NCBI GenBank assembly: GCA_963718915.1
Contig: CAVRAI010000012.1
Location: 16,305-48,304, forward strand
Length of the DNA: 32,000 nt
DNA from: an uncultured Chloroflexia bacterium
GTDB taxonomy: Bacteria > Chloroflexota > Ktedonobacteria > Ktedonobacterales > JADMIN01
Reading direction: 5' to 3'
Each line of letters opens with the position of its first letter. Position 1 is the stretch's first letter. The translations under genes and the position numbers were made by a program. A model generated the notes under the pieces. That model did not search any database. It saw only the letters and a list, made by a program, of their open reading frames with translations, and was not told the origin of the DNA. This document shows positions 18,183 through 25,670 of this stretch, one piece after another.

Positions 18183-19474
18183 ATGCCACAACAAGTACGT
18201 GTTTTTGTCAGCCATCACCACAGCCCCACTGAGGATACATTCACAGGGTTGCTCGTAAGGGATTTGGAACGGGCGCAAGCAGATGTCTGGGTTGATAAGA
18301 ACGAGATACAACCTGGCGAGGATTTTCAAAGTAGAATCAACTCTGGATTATTAGGTCGACAGTACCTCGTCCTCGTGATGACCCCAGCGGCGTTAGCGTC
18401 GAAATGGGTGCGACAAGAAGTGGCAGCGGCAAATGCTCTCTGTAACAATGGTCAGATGAGAGGAATTATTCCCGTTATCGCAGAACCATGCAGCGAAAAC
18501 GACATACCACCGCTATGGGGCACATATCTTCGTCTGGATGCTACTAAAGACTATACTGCCGCAAGGGATACGCTCCTTCGTACCCTTGGATTACAGCTCC
18601 CTGTTGAACATGAACAGCCTGTGTTCTCATTTCGTTCCCAGGGAGGTATGAAACCGAACGAAGAGATTTGCGGCTGCAGAGTGGTTGAGCCTATCGGTAA
18701 TGGCGACATGGCTATCGTCTATAAGGCAGAACAGATACATGTGGGTAATCGTACGGTAGCCATCAAGATTGTCTATTGCAGCGACCCCAAATCCGTTCGC
18801 GGTTTCCAGCGTGAAGCGAGTATCCTTGCCTCTTTATCACATCCCAATATCGTCCATGTCTTCGATATGGCGTGCAGGGCGACTTCGTATACCTCGTCGT
18901 GGAGTTCATGACGGGCGGTGATCTGCGCAAATACCTCAAGCGCCAGGGCTTCCTGACCCCAGAGCGCGCCGTCGCGATTGCCCACGATGTCGCTCTCGGC
19001 CTTGGTTGTATCCATGATCACGGTATCGTTCACTGTAATGTCAAGCCCGAAGACATTCTCTTGAACGACTACGATGGACTGGCCAAGCTGTCCGACTTTG
19101 GCACCTGTGTATCAACTGACCATGACGAGATTGAGTATAGCGCCATTACCAGTATGTCGCTTGAAACTGTCCGATACTATGCCCCCGAACAAGCGCAGGG
19201 CAAGAGAGTGACGCCCGCCAGCGATATCTACATGTTGGGCATCGTGATGTATGAGATGCTCACGGGCACGGTGCCCTTCGACGGCAATACGCCGGTCGCA
19301 GTGGCGATGCGCCATATTCAGGATATCCCTGAGCCGCCTTCGCATTTGAACCCAGCGATTCCACACGAGTTGGAGTGGATCATCCTGCGCTGTCTCGAAA
19401 AAGATCCACGCAACCGCTATCTCAACGGTAACGAGCTTGTCAAGGCGCTCGATCAATATCAACAGGGGAGATAG
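18183..19474 (+). pseudogene. TIR domain - Ser/Thr protein kinase-like fusion, interrupted by a 1-nt frameshift at about 18866
   Basis: N-terminal TIR: VFVSHHHSPTEDTF...SKWVRQEV. Kinase: IGNGDMAIVYKA, VAIK, FQREASIL, HPNIVHVFD, then the frame shift, then YGVQGDFVYLVVEFMTGG, IVHCNVKPEDILL, SDFG, YYAPE. GGGAGG RBS. Track ORFs 18183-18911 and 18872-19474. Confidence 0.8.
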
Positions 19475-19622
19475 AAGCGCTACACTTGAAGCATTTGTCT
19501 GCTGGGCGCGCAGTATCGGCAGCCATTTACAAACCAAGTAGAAACCGAGTGGCAATGATTCCCTACCAACCGAGTAATGCTGAGCAACATCGTGTATCTG
19601 GTGAAATAGTATTACCCATCCC

Positions 19623-20291
19623 CTACTCCTCGCGGTTGATCGTCAGGTCGCGCAGGGTGATCGAGTAGTTCTCGCGCACCTCCGCCAGCAGGAAGCGCAG
19701 CGCCACCTCCGCGCCGAGCGCCACCACCAGCAGCACCAGATTGCGCGCCAGCGGATAGGCGCAGACATCCGGCGCGACGATATCGCCGGGGACACGGTAG
19801 CCCTCGTTCCAGTGGATCTCGCCGTAGTCGGTATGCATGCCAAGGTGCAGGCAGGGGCGTTCGAGGGTGGCGCAGGTGTCGGTGACGAGGCGGCGCGAGG
19901 CCGAGGTATCGAATGTATCGAGCGCAAGGTCGGCATTGCGCAGCAGCTTCGCGGCGTTACGCTCGGTCAGCGGCTGGCTTGCCACCACGAGTTCAACGCC
20001 GGTCGCGCGGTAGCAGCGGGCGCGTAGCGCATCCACCTTGAACGCGCCGATATCGCCCTCCTCGTAGCTCTGCGTGCCAAGGTTGTGCTGCTCGACGCGG
20101 TCGAAGTCGATCACTGTCAACTGGCGGACGCCCTGGCGTAGCAGGTGTTCGGCGAGATGCGAGCCAAGCGCGCCCGCACCACACAGGACAATGCGCGCCT
20201 CCGCCAGTCGCGCCAGCGCCTCGTCGCCGCGATAGAGCGCCTCGTGAATCAGCGGGCCATGCTGGTCGGGTCTATCGGGTCTATCAGGCAT
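19623..20291 (-). CDS. ThiF/MoeB/E1-like adenylyltransferase-fold protein (short form)
   Basis: RIVLCGAGALGSHLAEHLLRQGVRQLTVIDFDRVEQHNLGTQ is the Rossmann nucleotide-binding motif of the ThiF family. The start overlaps the upstream gene by 8 nt. Confidence 0.8.
   Translation of the reverse strand: MPDRPDRPDQHGPLIHEALYRGDEALARLAEARIVLCGAGALGSHLAEHLLRQGVRQLTVIDFDRVEQHNLGTQSYEEGDIGAFKVDALRARCYRATGVELVVASQPLTERNAAKLLRNADLALDTFDTSASRRLVTDTCATLERPCLHLGMHTDYGEIHWNEGYRVPGDIVAPDVCAYPLARNLVLLVVALGAEVALRFLLAEVRENYSITLRDLTINREE
19633..19649. repeat. 17-bp direct repeat, right copy (inside the 3' end of the E1-like gene)
   Basis: CGGTTGATCGTCAGGTC is identical to 17653-17669, 1980 bp away. Confidence 0.95.
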
Positions 20292-21066
20292 AGCGAGGCT
20301 CCCTCCGCCGGGCGAAGACCCACTGCGACGCGCCCTGAACGATGACCGTCACGATGATGGCCGCGACGAACGCGGGCAGGATTCCCGCCGGGACAATCAG
20401 TGTGCCCGCGACCAGAAAGAACGACGCGAACGAGAGCAGCCCCACCAGCAGCCCGCGCAGCAGCCGGAGCGCCGCCGCTGTTCCCGCCTGCGCTTGGGTG
20501 AAGGTGGCGAGCACCGTGCCAAAGATCGGAAACGGCGCCAGCAGCCCGGTGAGGTGCGGGCCAAGCTGAGGCGCGGCGCCAGTCAGCAGCAGCACGAAGA
20601 CCGTGGCGACCACCATCCGCGCGGGAATATCCCATATAGGCGGCGTCATAGCGACAGTATCTTTGACCGGGATACGCGGGAAGAGCGCCAGCGCCAGCGC
20701 CGCCACCACGACGCAGAGCGCGAATGCCAGCGCCAATGGGAGGATGGCCAGTTGCAGCAGCGCAGTCGCCGCGAGAAAGACGAGCCAGCTTGCGAGCAGC
20801 GCGCCGGGCCAGCGCCAGCGGAGAGCCGCCCAGGCATACGTCAGGCAGAAGATGGCCACTGAGATGGTGCCGAAGATGATGCCACGCGCGGTATCCGCCG
20901 CGAAGATTGTGCCGTTTTGCAGCGCGAGGATCAGCAGCACTGGGCCGGAGGTCAGTGGCAGCCCGACGAGCAGCCCGCTCACCGCCGGACCCCACCGCCG
21001 ACCCGCCACGCTCACCAGACCAATCAGCGAGGGCGTCAGCAACGCCTTGAGGAAGAAAAGACTCAT
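20284..21066 (-). CDS. polytopic membrane protein with two DUF3147-like halves
   Basis: MSLFFLKALLTPSLIGLVSVAGRRWGPAVSGLLVGLPLTSGP is repeated as ARMVVATVFVLLLTGAAPQLGPHLTGLLAPFPIFG. An alternative start lies at 21081. Confidence 0.65.
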   Translation of the reverse strand: MSLFFLKALLTPSLIGLVSVAGRRWGPAVSGLLVGLPLTSGPVLLILALQNGTIFAADTARGIIFGTISVAIFCLTYAWAALRWRWPGALLASWLVFLAATALLQLAILPLALAFALCVVVAALALALFPRIPVKDTVAMTPPIWDIPARMVVATVFVLLLTGAAPQLGPHLTGLLAPFPIFGTVLATFTQAQAGTAAALRLLRGLLVGLLSFASFFLVAGTLIVPAGILPAFVAAIIVTVIVQGASQWVFARRREPRYA

Positions 21067-21104
21067 GTTTCCAGTGTACATGTATCGCGCTAGCCCCGTC
21101 GCAT

Positions 21105-21479
21105 CTATGCCGCGGAACCCGCCGATTGACCGTGGGCGAAGAAAGCCAGGAACGCGACGACTCCAACCATCACAAGCAGGGTGAGGATACCAAGGAGAAA
21201 AGCGATCCAGGCGATGCGGCTCCCGCCGCTGCTATCCCTGAGCACCAGGCCAGCCAGGAAAGTAGCGAAGATTGGCAGCGGCCACTCGAAACAAAAGAAG
21301 ACCGTATAGATTGACCCGACGACGATATCGCTACCCGCGCCGGGGATGCGCGCCAGCGTCATGATCGCGTTGACGGCCACAGTCAGCGGCACGATGAGCG
21401 CGAGCGCTAATGCGATCCACGCGGCGACGCGCTGTCGTCTGGGCGACGCGACCGGCGCGGGATACATCTCCGATGTCAT
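21105..21479 (-). CDS. small membrane protein, unknown function
   Basis: MTSEMYPAPVASPRRQRVAAWIALALALIV... with 4 TM helices. The track ORF extends to 21572, which would overlap the upstream gene by 8 nt. Confidence 0.55.
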   Translation of the reverse strand: MTSEMYPAPVASPRRQRVAAWIALALALIVPLTVAVNAIMTLARIPGAGSDIVVGSIYTVFFCFEWPLPIFATFLAGLVLRDSSGGSRIAWIAFLLGILTLLVMVGVVAFLAFFAHGQSAGSAA

Positions 21480-21564
21480 GGCGCCCCACCCTTTCGTAGC
21501 GGATGAACCCTTGATCGCCGAACCATACAGACTATATGACACACACGCCCTGCCTGCCAGTCTA

Positions 21565-22425
21565 TTACTCATCGCCTTCTATCTCGTCGCCGTAGCGGGG
21601 GATGGGCTGGCCTGTCGCCTCGCGCATCACGCTGACCATGCTCGTCAGGTCGAAGCGGGCGTCCTGGCCGGAGAGGCAGATGCCCGCCGTCAGCACCGAG
21701 AGATCGCTCTTGCGCACCGTGCTGACACTGCGCTCGTCCCCGACCATGTAGGCGACGGTGTAGCTGTCGTCGCGCTCGGTGAAGGCGATCAGACGACCGC
21801 CAGCGTGCGCCAGCGCAGTGGCCAGACGTCCGACGATGCCCGCGCGCTCAGCCTCGGACACCAGCGTCCGCGCCCAGGCATAGGCCGCGCGCTCCTCGGC
21901 GGATAGTCCCGACTTGCGCAGATCTTCGGTCGGCGTTCCGGCATCGAGCGCCGCGCGCAGGTAGGTTGCCAGCGCCGGATTGCGCCGGTTGTCGCGTCGC
22001 TCGTACCAGAAGAAGTGGCCATCGAAGCGGGCAAACACCGTCTCGAAGGGCTGGATGCCTGCCTCAGCCAGCAGCACTGGCGCGGGACCGCTGAGCTTGA
22101 GGCCCTTCTCGCCCTGGCTGGCGGGCAGCGCGTACCACTGATGTCCTTCGCGCGCGACAACGATCAGCCGCAGCGCCGGGAAGAGCTTGAGGTAGGCGGC
22201 AATCTCCGCCAGTGTCGCCGGACGGATGAGTTGCGCCGTCTTCAATGTCTCTGGCCGCAGCACACCCCAGCCGGTGAAGCGCTTGCCCGTCACCCGCAGC
22301 GTGCAGACGATGCCCGCGATGCGCACGATGACCCCCCGCCCCGGTAGCACGGGCGCCAGCACCTCGCGCTGGAGGAAGTCGTTTTCGGCGGCCTCCAGCC
22401 GGTTGAGAATGTCATCGATGCCCAT
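21565..22425 (-). CDS. hypothetical protein, 286 aa, no recognisable domain
   Basis: AGGAGG is 9 nt upstream of ATG 22425. Coding-like composition. Sits between the vWA gene and the membrane genes in the same operon-like string. Confidence 0.7.
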   Translation of the reverse strand: MGIDDILNRLEAAENDFLQREVLAPVLPGRGVIVRIAGIVCTLRVTGKRFTGWGVLRPETLKTAQLIRPATLAEIAAYLKLFPALRLIVVAREGHQWYALPASQGEKGLKLSGPAPVLLAEAGIQPFETVFARFDGHFFWYERRDNRRNPALATYLRAALDAGTPTEDLRKSGLSAEERAAYAWARTLVSEAERAGIVGRLATALAHAGGRLIAFTERDDSYTVAYMVGDERSVSTVRKSDLSVLTAGICLSGQDARFDLTSMVSVMREATGQPIPRYGDEIEGDE

Positions 22426-22431
22426 AGCGGT

Positions 22432-23268
22432 TTACCTCCTGACCTCACCCCCATCCCCCTCTCCTGTGGGAGAGGGGGAGCCAGAGTGGAGCAGCCCACG
22501 CGCGCCCAGGCGGCTGATCGCAGCGGAGACGGCGGGACGATTGCTCGCCAGCCGCGTCGCCAACTCGTCGAGGCTGTCGTTGGGATGATCCCTCCGTGCT
22601 GCCAGTACCGTGCGGTCGAACGCCAGGTTGCCGAACTCCTCCACCAGAATCGCCTGAAGCGAGGCGATGGCGTCCTGGCCCTCGGATCGGTCGCGCCAGA
22701 TGGCGAAGAACTCACCGCCAGTCAGGTTGCTGAGCGCGCTGAACGACGACTCGACGCCACTGGTCAGCCCCAGGGCGTAGAACGTCACGCGCGCCTCCTC
22801 GGCTGCCGCCGTCACGCTCTCGATGGTCTCGCCACAGGGACACCCGTGTGGGAAGCCATCGCCACGTCCCCCGACGCCATGCGGTGGCGAGTCACCCACC
22901 AGCACCGCCAGCCGACGCGCGTGTGGCCGCCATGCCAGCTCGCGCACCGCCGCCAGCATACCATCCAGCACCGATTCCGGCCCATCGCCGCCGCCGTTGG
23001 CCGTCAGCCCGTTCAGCGTTGCGCGGGCGGCGTCGAGATTGGCGGTGAGGTCGTAGGCGCGGAAGGGCAGCGGATCCTGCGGCGGGTGGTCGCGGTACTC
23101 GACGATACCCAGCCGCAGGCTGACCTCATCCGCCAACAACAGCGCGTCGATCATGGCGATCATGCGCTGCTGCGCGCTGGCGATGAGGCCGGTCATGCTG
23201 CCGGTGGTGTCCACCACGAAGGCGAGATCGAGCGCAGACACCTCGTCAACGCTCATATCTCCGGTCAT
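22432..23268 (-). CDS. von Willebrand factor A (vWA) domain protein with C-terminal wHTH-like segment
   Basis: MIDAS motif VVDTTGSM, GGGDGPES, VLVGDSPPHG. C-terminal DELATRLASNRPAVSAAISRLGARGLL. The ATG overlaps the upstream stop (ATGA). Confidence 0.85.
   Translation of the reverse strand: MTGDMSVDEVSALDLAFVVDTTGSMTGLIASAQQRMIAMIDALLLADEVSLRLGIVEYRDHPPQDPLPFRAYDLTANLDAARATLNGLTANGGGDGPESVLDGMLAAVRELAWRPHARRLAVLVGDSPPHGVGGRGDGFPHGCPCGETIESVTAAAEEARVTFYALGLTSGVESSFSALSNLTGGEFFAIWRDRSEGQDAIASLQAILVEEFGNLAFDRTVLAARRDHPNDSLDELATRLASNRPAVSAAISRLGARGLLHSGSPSPTGEGDGGEVRR
22441..22486. repeat. REP-like palindromic element, copy 2 (inverted relative to copy 1)
   Basis: Contains the perfect hairpin CCCCCTCTCC-TGTG-GGAGAGGGGG. 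Its reverse complement aligns with 12193-12236. It supplies the last ~18 codons (SPSPTGEGDGGEVRR) of the vWA ORF. Confidence 0.7.
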
Positions 23269-24854
23269 GACGCCTTCCTTTCCGGCAGCGGGTACTCCAG
23301 AATCTCCATCAGCAGATCGACCATCGACGGCCGCTGGAGCAGCGGGATCAGGTTCGGTAGCGCGTAGTAGTCGCCGCTGAACGTGAAGACACTCGGCGCG
23401 ATGCCCAGGCCGGTGCAGGCGCGCTCCAGGATGTTGGAGGAATGCCCCACCTTCACCAGAATCACGTCGGGCCGGGTCTGCGTCTCCTCGCTGTAGGCCT
23501 TGTAGGCGTTGGCGAAGAGCGGCGCCTGGTTCTCACCCTCATCGGTGACGAGGATGAACTGCTCGACGCGCTGACCCTTGCGCCGCATCATCTCGATGGC
23601 CACGCCACACGACGTGCCGCCGCCCGCGGTGATGCCCGTCAGCGCCTTCTCCCACTCCGACAGAGACGCGCCACTGGCCTCGATGGGGTAGGCGATGGTG
23701 TCGAAGGCATAGGCGAAGAACTCCGCCTCGATGATGGACGAGATCATCGCGCCCAACTGACGACCTACCTCGATGGCGACATGCATGGATCCGCTCTTGT
23801 CCAGCAACATCGCCGTCGAGCGCGTGATGCGCCCCTTGGCCTTCACCTGCGCCTCGGTGATGGCATCCAGCTGCTCGGCCAGCTCGCCGGAGACGTTGGC
23901 CGCCTCGACCGCGACCTTCGCCTTGTAGGCGGAGACGCGCTTGTCGCTCTTGGCCGCCTCCAGCTTCGCCTCGATTAGCGCCTTGACGTCCTCGTTGTCG
24001 AACGCGCCACGCGCCTTGAGCGAGCCGATGTTGTTGATGACCTCCTGTGGGGTCATCACCTCAACCAGCGCCGCCAGCACCGTCGGCGACATCTGCTTGA
24101 CGAGCGAGGTCGCCACCCGGTACGGGATGTGATGCTCGACCAGTGCGCGCGCCTGCTCGGCGGGCGTCTCGGCCTGGCGGATAGCCCGCATCGCGGCGAA
24201 GACGCTGCCCTCCGGCGGCTCCTCGCCAAAAAGCACCGCCTGCGCCCGCCCGGTGGGGCGGATGTGCAGCCCAGCGTAGAGTCGCTTGATGGCCGCACGC
24301 GCATGCAGCACCGCCTGATCGAACTTCTCGACATGCGCCTCGCGCTCGCGCAGGTAGCGCTCGATCTCGGTGCGCATCGAACGTGGGACGTTGACGAAGA
24401 GGCCGACCTGCTCGATCTTCGTCTCCATCGGCACGGCAGGCTTGCGGGATGCCTTACGACCGCGCCGACCAGTGGTCCCGGCCGCCGGAGTGGCAGCCGG
24501 CTCAGGCGCGCTTGCCACTGTGGCTGTTGCATCCGCCACGGGCACACGCCGCTTCACCTGGTGGCCCTTAATGAAGTCCACCACGCGGGCAAGCTGGTAC
24601 GGTGGCAGGCGACGCATCAGCGCCAGGCCAACGTCGCGATGCCCCTCCGCCTGCGAGAGGCAGAGGCAGATCACAAACATCTCCTGGTGGTCGCGCACCT
24701 CGCCGTGGTCGGCATACCACGCGGCCAGCCGCACGTAGAAGCGCGGATCCCGCGTCAGGATTTCCTGGTGCTGAGGATACAATGCGGTCAGGTTGCGGTG
24801 TGGCGTCGTCAACAGCGTGTTGAGCAGGTCCAGCCGCAGGTCACGCTCGGTCAT
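23265..24854 (-). CDS. Ro60/Rsr-like protein (TROVE-like helical N-domain plus C-terminal vWA)
   Basis: 529 aa. DPRFYVRLAAWYADHGEVRDHQEMFVICLCLS...RRLPPYQLARVVDFIKG resembles the TROVE pattern of Ro60. C-terminal vWA motifs LLDKSGSM, TAGGGTSCG, FILVTDEGEN and PDVILVKVG parallel Ro60 DVSASM, AGGTDC, FTDNET and AKLIVCGM. GGAAGGGAGGG RBS. Confidence 0.6.
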   Translation of the reverse strand: MTERDLRLDLLNTLLTTPHRNLTALYPQHQEILTRDPRFYVRLAAWYADHGEVRDHQEMFVICLCLSQAEGHRDVGLALMRRLPPYQLARVVDFIKGHQVKRRVPVADATATVASAPEPAATPAAGTTGRRGRKASRKPAVPMETKIEQVGLFVNVPRSMRTEIERYLREREAHVEKFDQAVLHARAAIKRLYAGLHIRPTGRAQAVLFGEEPPEGSVFAAMRAIRQAETPAEQARALVEHHIPYRVATSLVKQMSPTVLAALVEVMTPQEVINNIGSLKARGAFDNEDVKALIEAKLEAAKSDKRVSAYKAKVAVEAANVSGELAEQLDAITEAQVKAKGRITRSTAMLLDKSGSMHVAIEVGRQLGAMISSIIEAEFFAYAFDTIAYPIEASGASLSEWEKALTGITAGGGTSCGVAIEMMRRKGQRVEQFILVTDEGENQAPLFANAYKAYSEETQTRPDVILVKVGHSSNILERACTGLGIAPSVFTFSGDYYALPNLIPLLQRPSMVDLLMEILEYPLPERKAS

Positions 24855-24915
24855 TGGATATCCCTCCCTTCCTGGGAAATTGCAGGCTTACAAGCCTCAC
24901 TCTCTTGGCCATAAA

Positions 24916-24925
24916 TGAACGTTCA
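24916..24925. promoter_or_regulatory. 10-bp palindrome in the leader of the Ro-like gene
   Basis: TGAACGTTCA lies about 65 nt upstream of ATG 24854. A second palindrome AGGCTTACAAGCCT lies at about 24883-24896. Confidence 0.3.
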
Positions 24926-24965
24926 CTTTTATTCCGAACACCATGCGTCGTGGTGGGGGAGGCAA

Positions 24966-24987
24966 GCCGTAGCGTAAACGCTACGGC
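24966..24987. other. perfect 9-bp stem / 4-nt loop hairpin between the small gene and the Ro-like gene
   Basis: GCCGTAGCG-TAAA-CGCTACGGC, extendable by GGGGAGG/CCT(A)CCCC. No U-tract on either strand. Confidence 0.6.
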
Positions 24988-25137
24988 GAATTTCCTACCC
25001 CTCACGCTCTGGCCTATTCGCCGGGGCATTCATGCTCCGGCAGGCTCACCCTACGACACCGTTCGGGGTAAATTCGTAACGTTCTTCAACCGCCAGCCGT
25101 CGCGGCGTGTCGCATCAAGGCCGGGATTGCTACCCCA

Positions 25138-25377
25138 TCACCCGAAGACAGCCTCCGGGCGGACGGTGATGTTGCCGTTCTCGTGGCGCTCGACCACGTA
25201 CGGCGCGAATCGGCCAACCGCTACGTCGAAGTAGTTCGCCAGGGCGCCCAGCACCTCGGCCTCGCTGGCATCCGGCGCGAGATGGAGCGCGCTCAGCGGC
25301 ATCTGGCGGCTCACACCCTCGAAGCGGACGTGCAGCATCGGCTCGGTCGGCTCGATACGCTGGATTGGCTCTGCCAT
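25138..25377 (-). CDS. small (79 aa) protein ending in Gly; possible beta-grasp/ubiquitin-like fold (speculative)
   Basis: GGAGGAGG is 6 nt before ATG 25377. MAEPIQRIEPTEPMLHVRFEGVSRQMPLSALHLAPDASEAEVLGALANYFDVAVGRFAPYVVERHENGNITVRPEAVFG*. The predicted strand-strand-helix-strand-strand pattern was judged by eye. Confidence 0.65.
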   Translation of the reverse strand: MAEPIQRIEPTEPMLHVRFEGVSRQMPLSALHLAPDASEAEVLGALANYFDVAVGRFAPYVVERHENGNITVRPEAVFG

Positions 25378-25670
25378 ACGATTCCTCCTCCTTCCGCGAA
25401 GTCGCGCGGAAAAACAAAATGGACGTGAGAGCGGCTGCCCCCACGTCCGACACCGCGCACACGCGCTCATCCTCCCGTGGGATGTGGCAGACCGACAGCC
25501 AGGCTATTGAGCGGGCACGAATAGCTATGCGCGTCCGCTATTGCTGGTTGTCGCCAGATGATGGATTTGGCCATCGTCATCTGTTCCACAGTCGGTTTCC
25601 TTGTCATCCATTGGGTACTGGCGCGTCTCGCCACGGCGCCGGAGGAATCGCTATCGCCCTCCGGCTGCAT

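Noticed and set aside
24966-24987. Hairpin as an intrinsic terminator of the 79-aa gene
   Set aside because: No U-tract follows it on the minus strand (CTTGCCTCCCC). It is kept only as an unexplained structure.
25391-25409. + strand CTTCCGCGAAGTCGCGCGG resembles the 3' motif of the RNA modules (CTTCGCGAACTCGCGCGG)
   Set aside because: No T-arm, acceptor or basal helix accompanies it. It overlaps the RBS region of the 79-aa gene on the other strand. It is probably a chance similarity of CG-rich palindromic sequence.
25467-25670. 67-aa minus-strand ORF in the leader upstream of the 79-aa gene
   Set aside because: It starts inside the putative -10 region and has no RBS and an unremarkable composition. 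The region is better explained as a structured untranslated leader.
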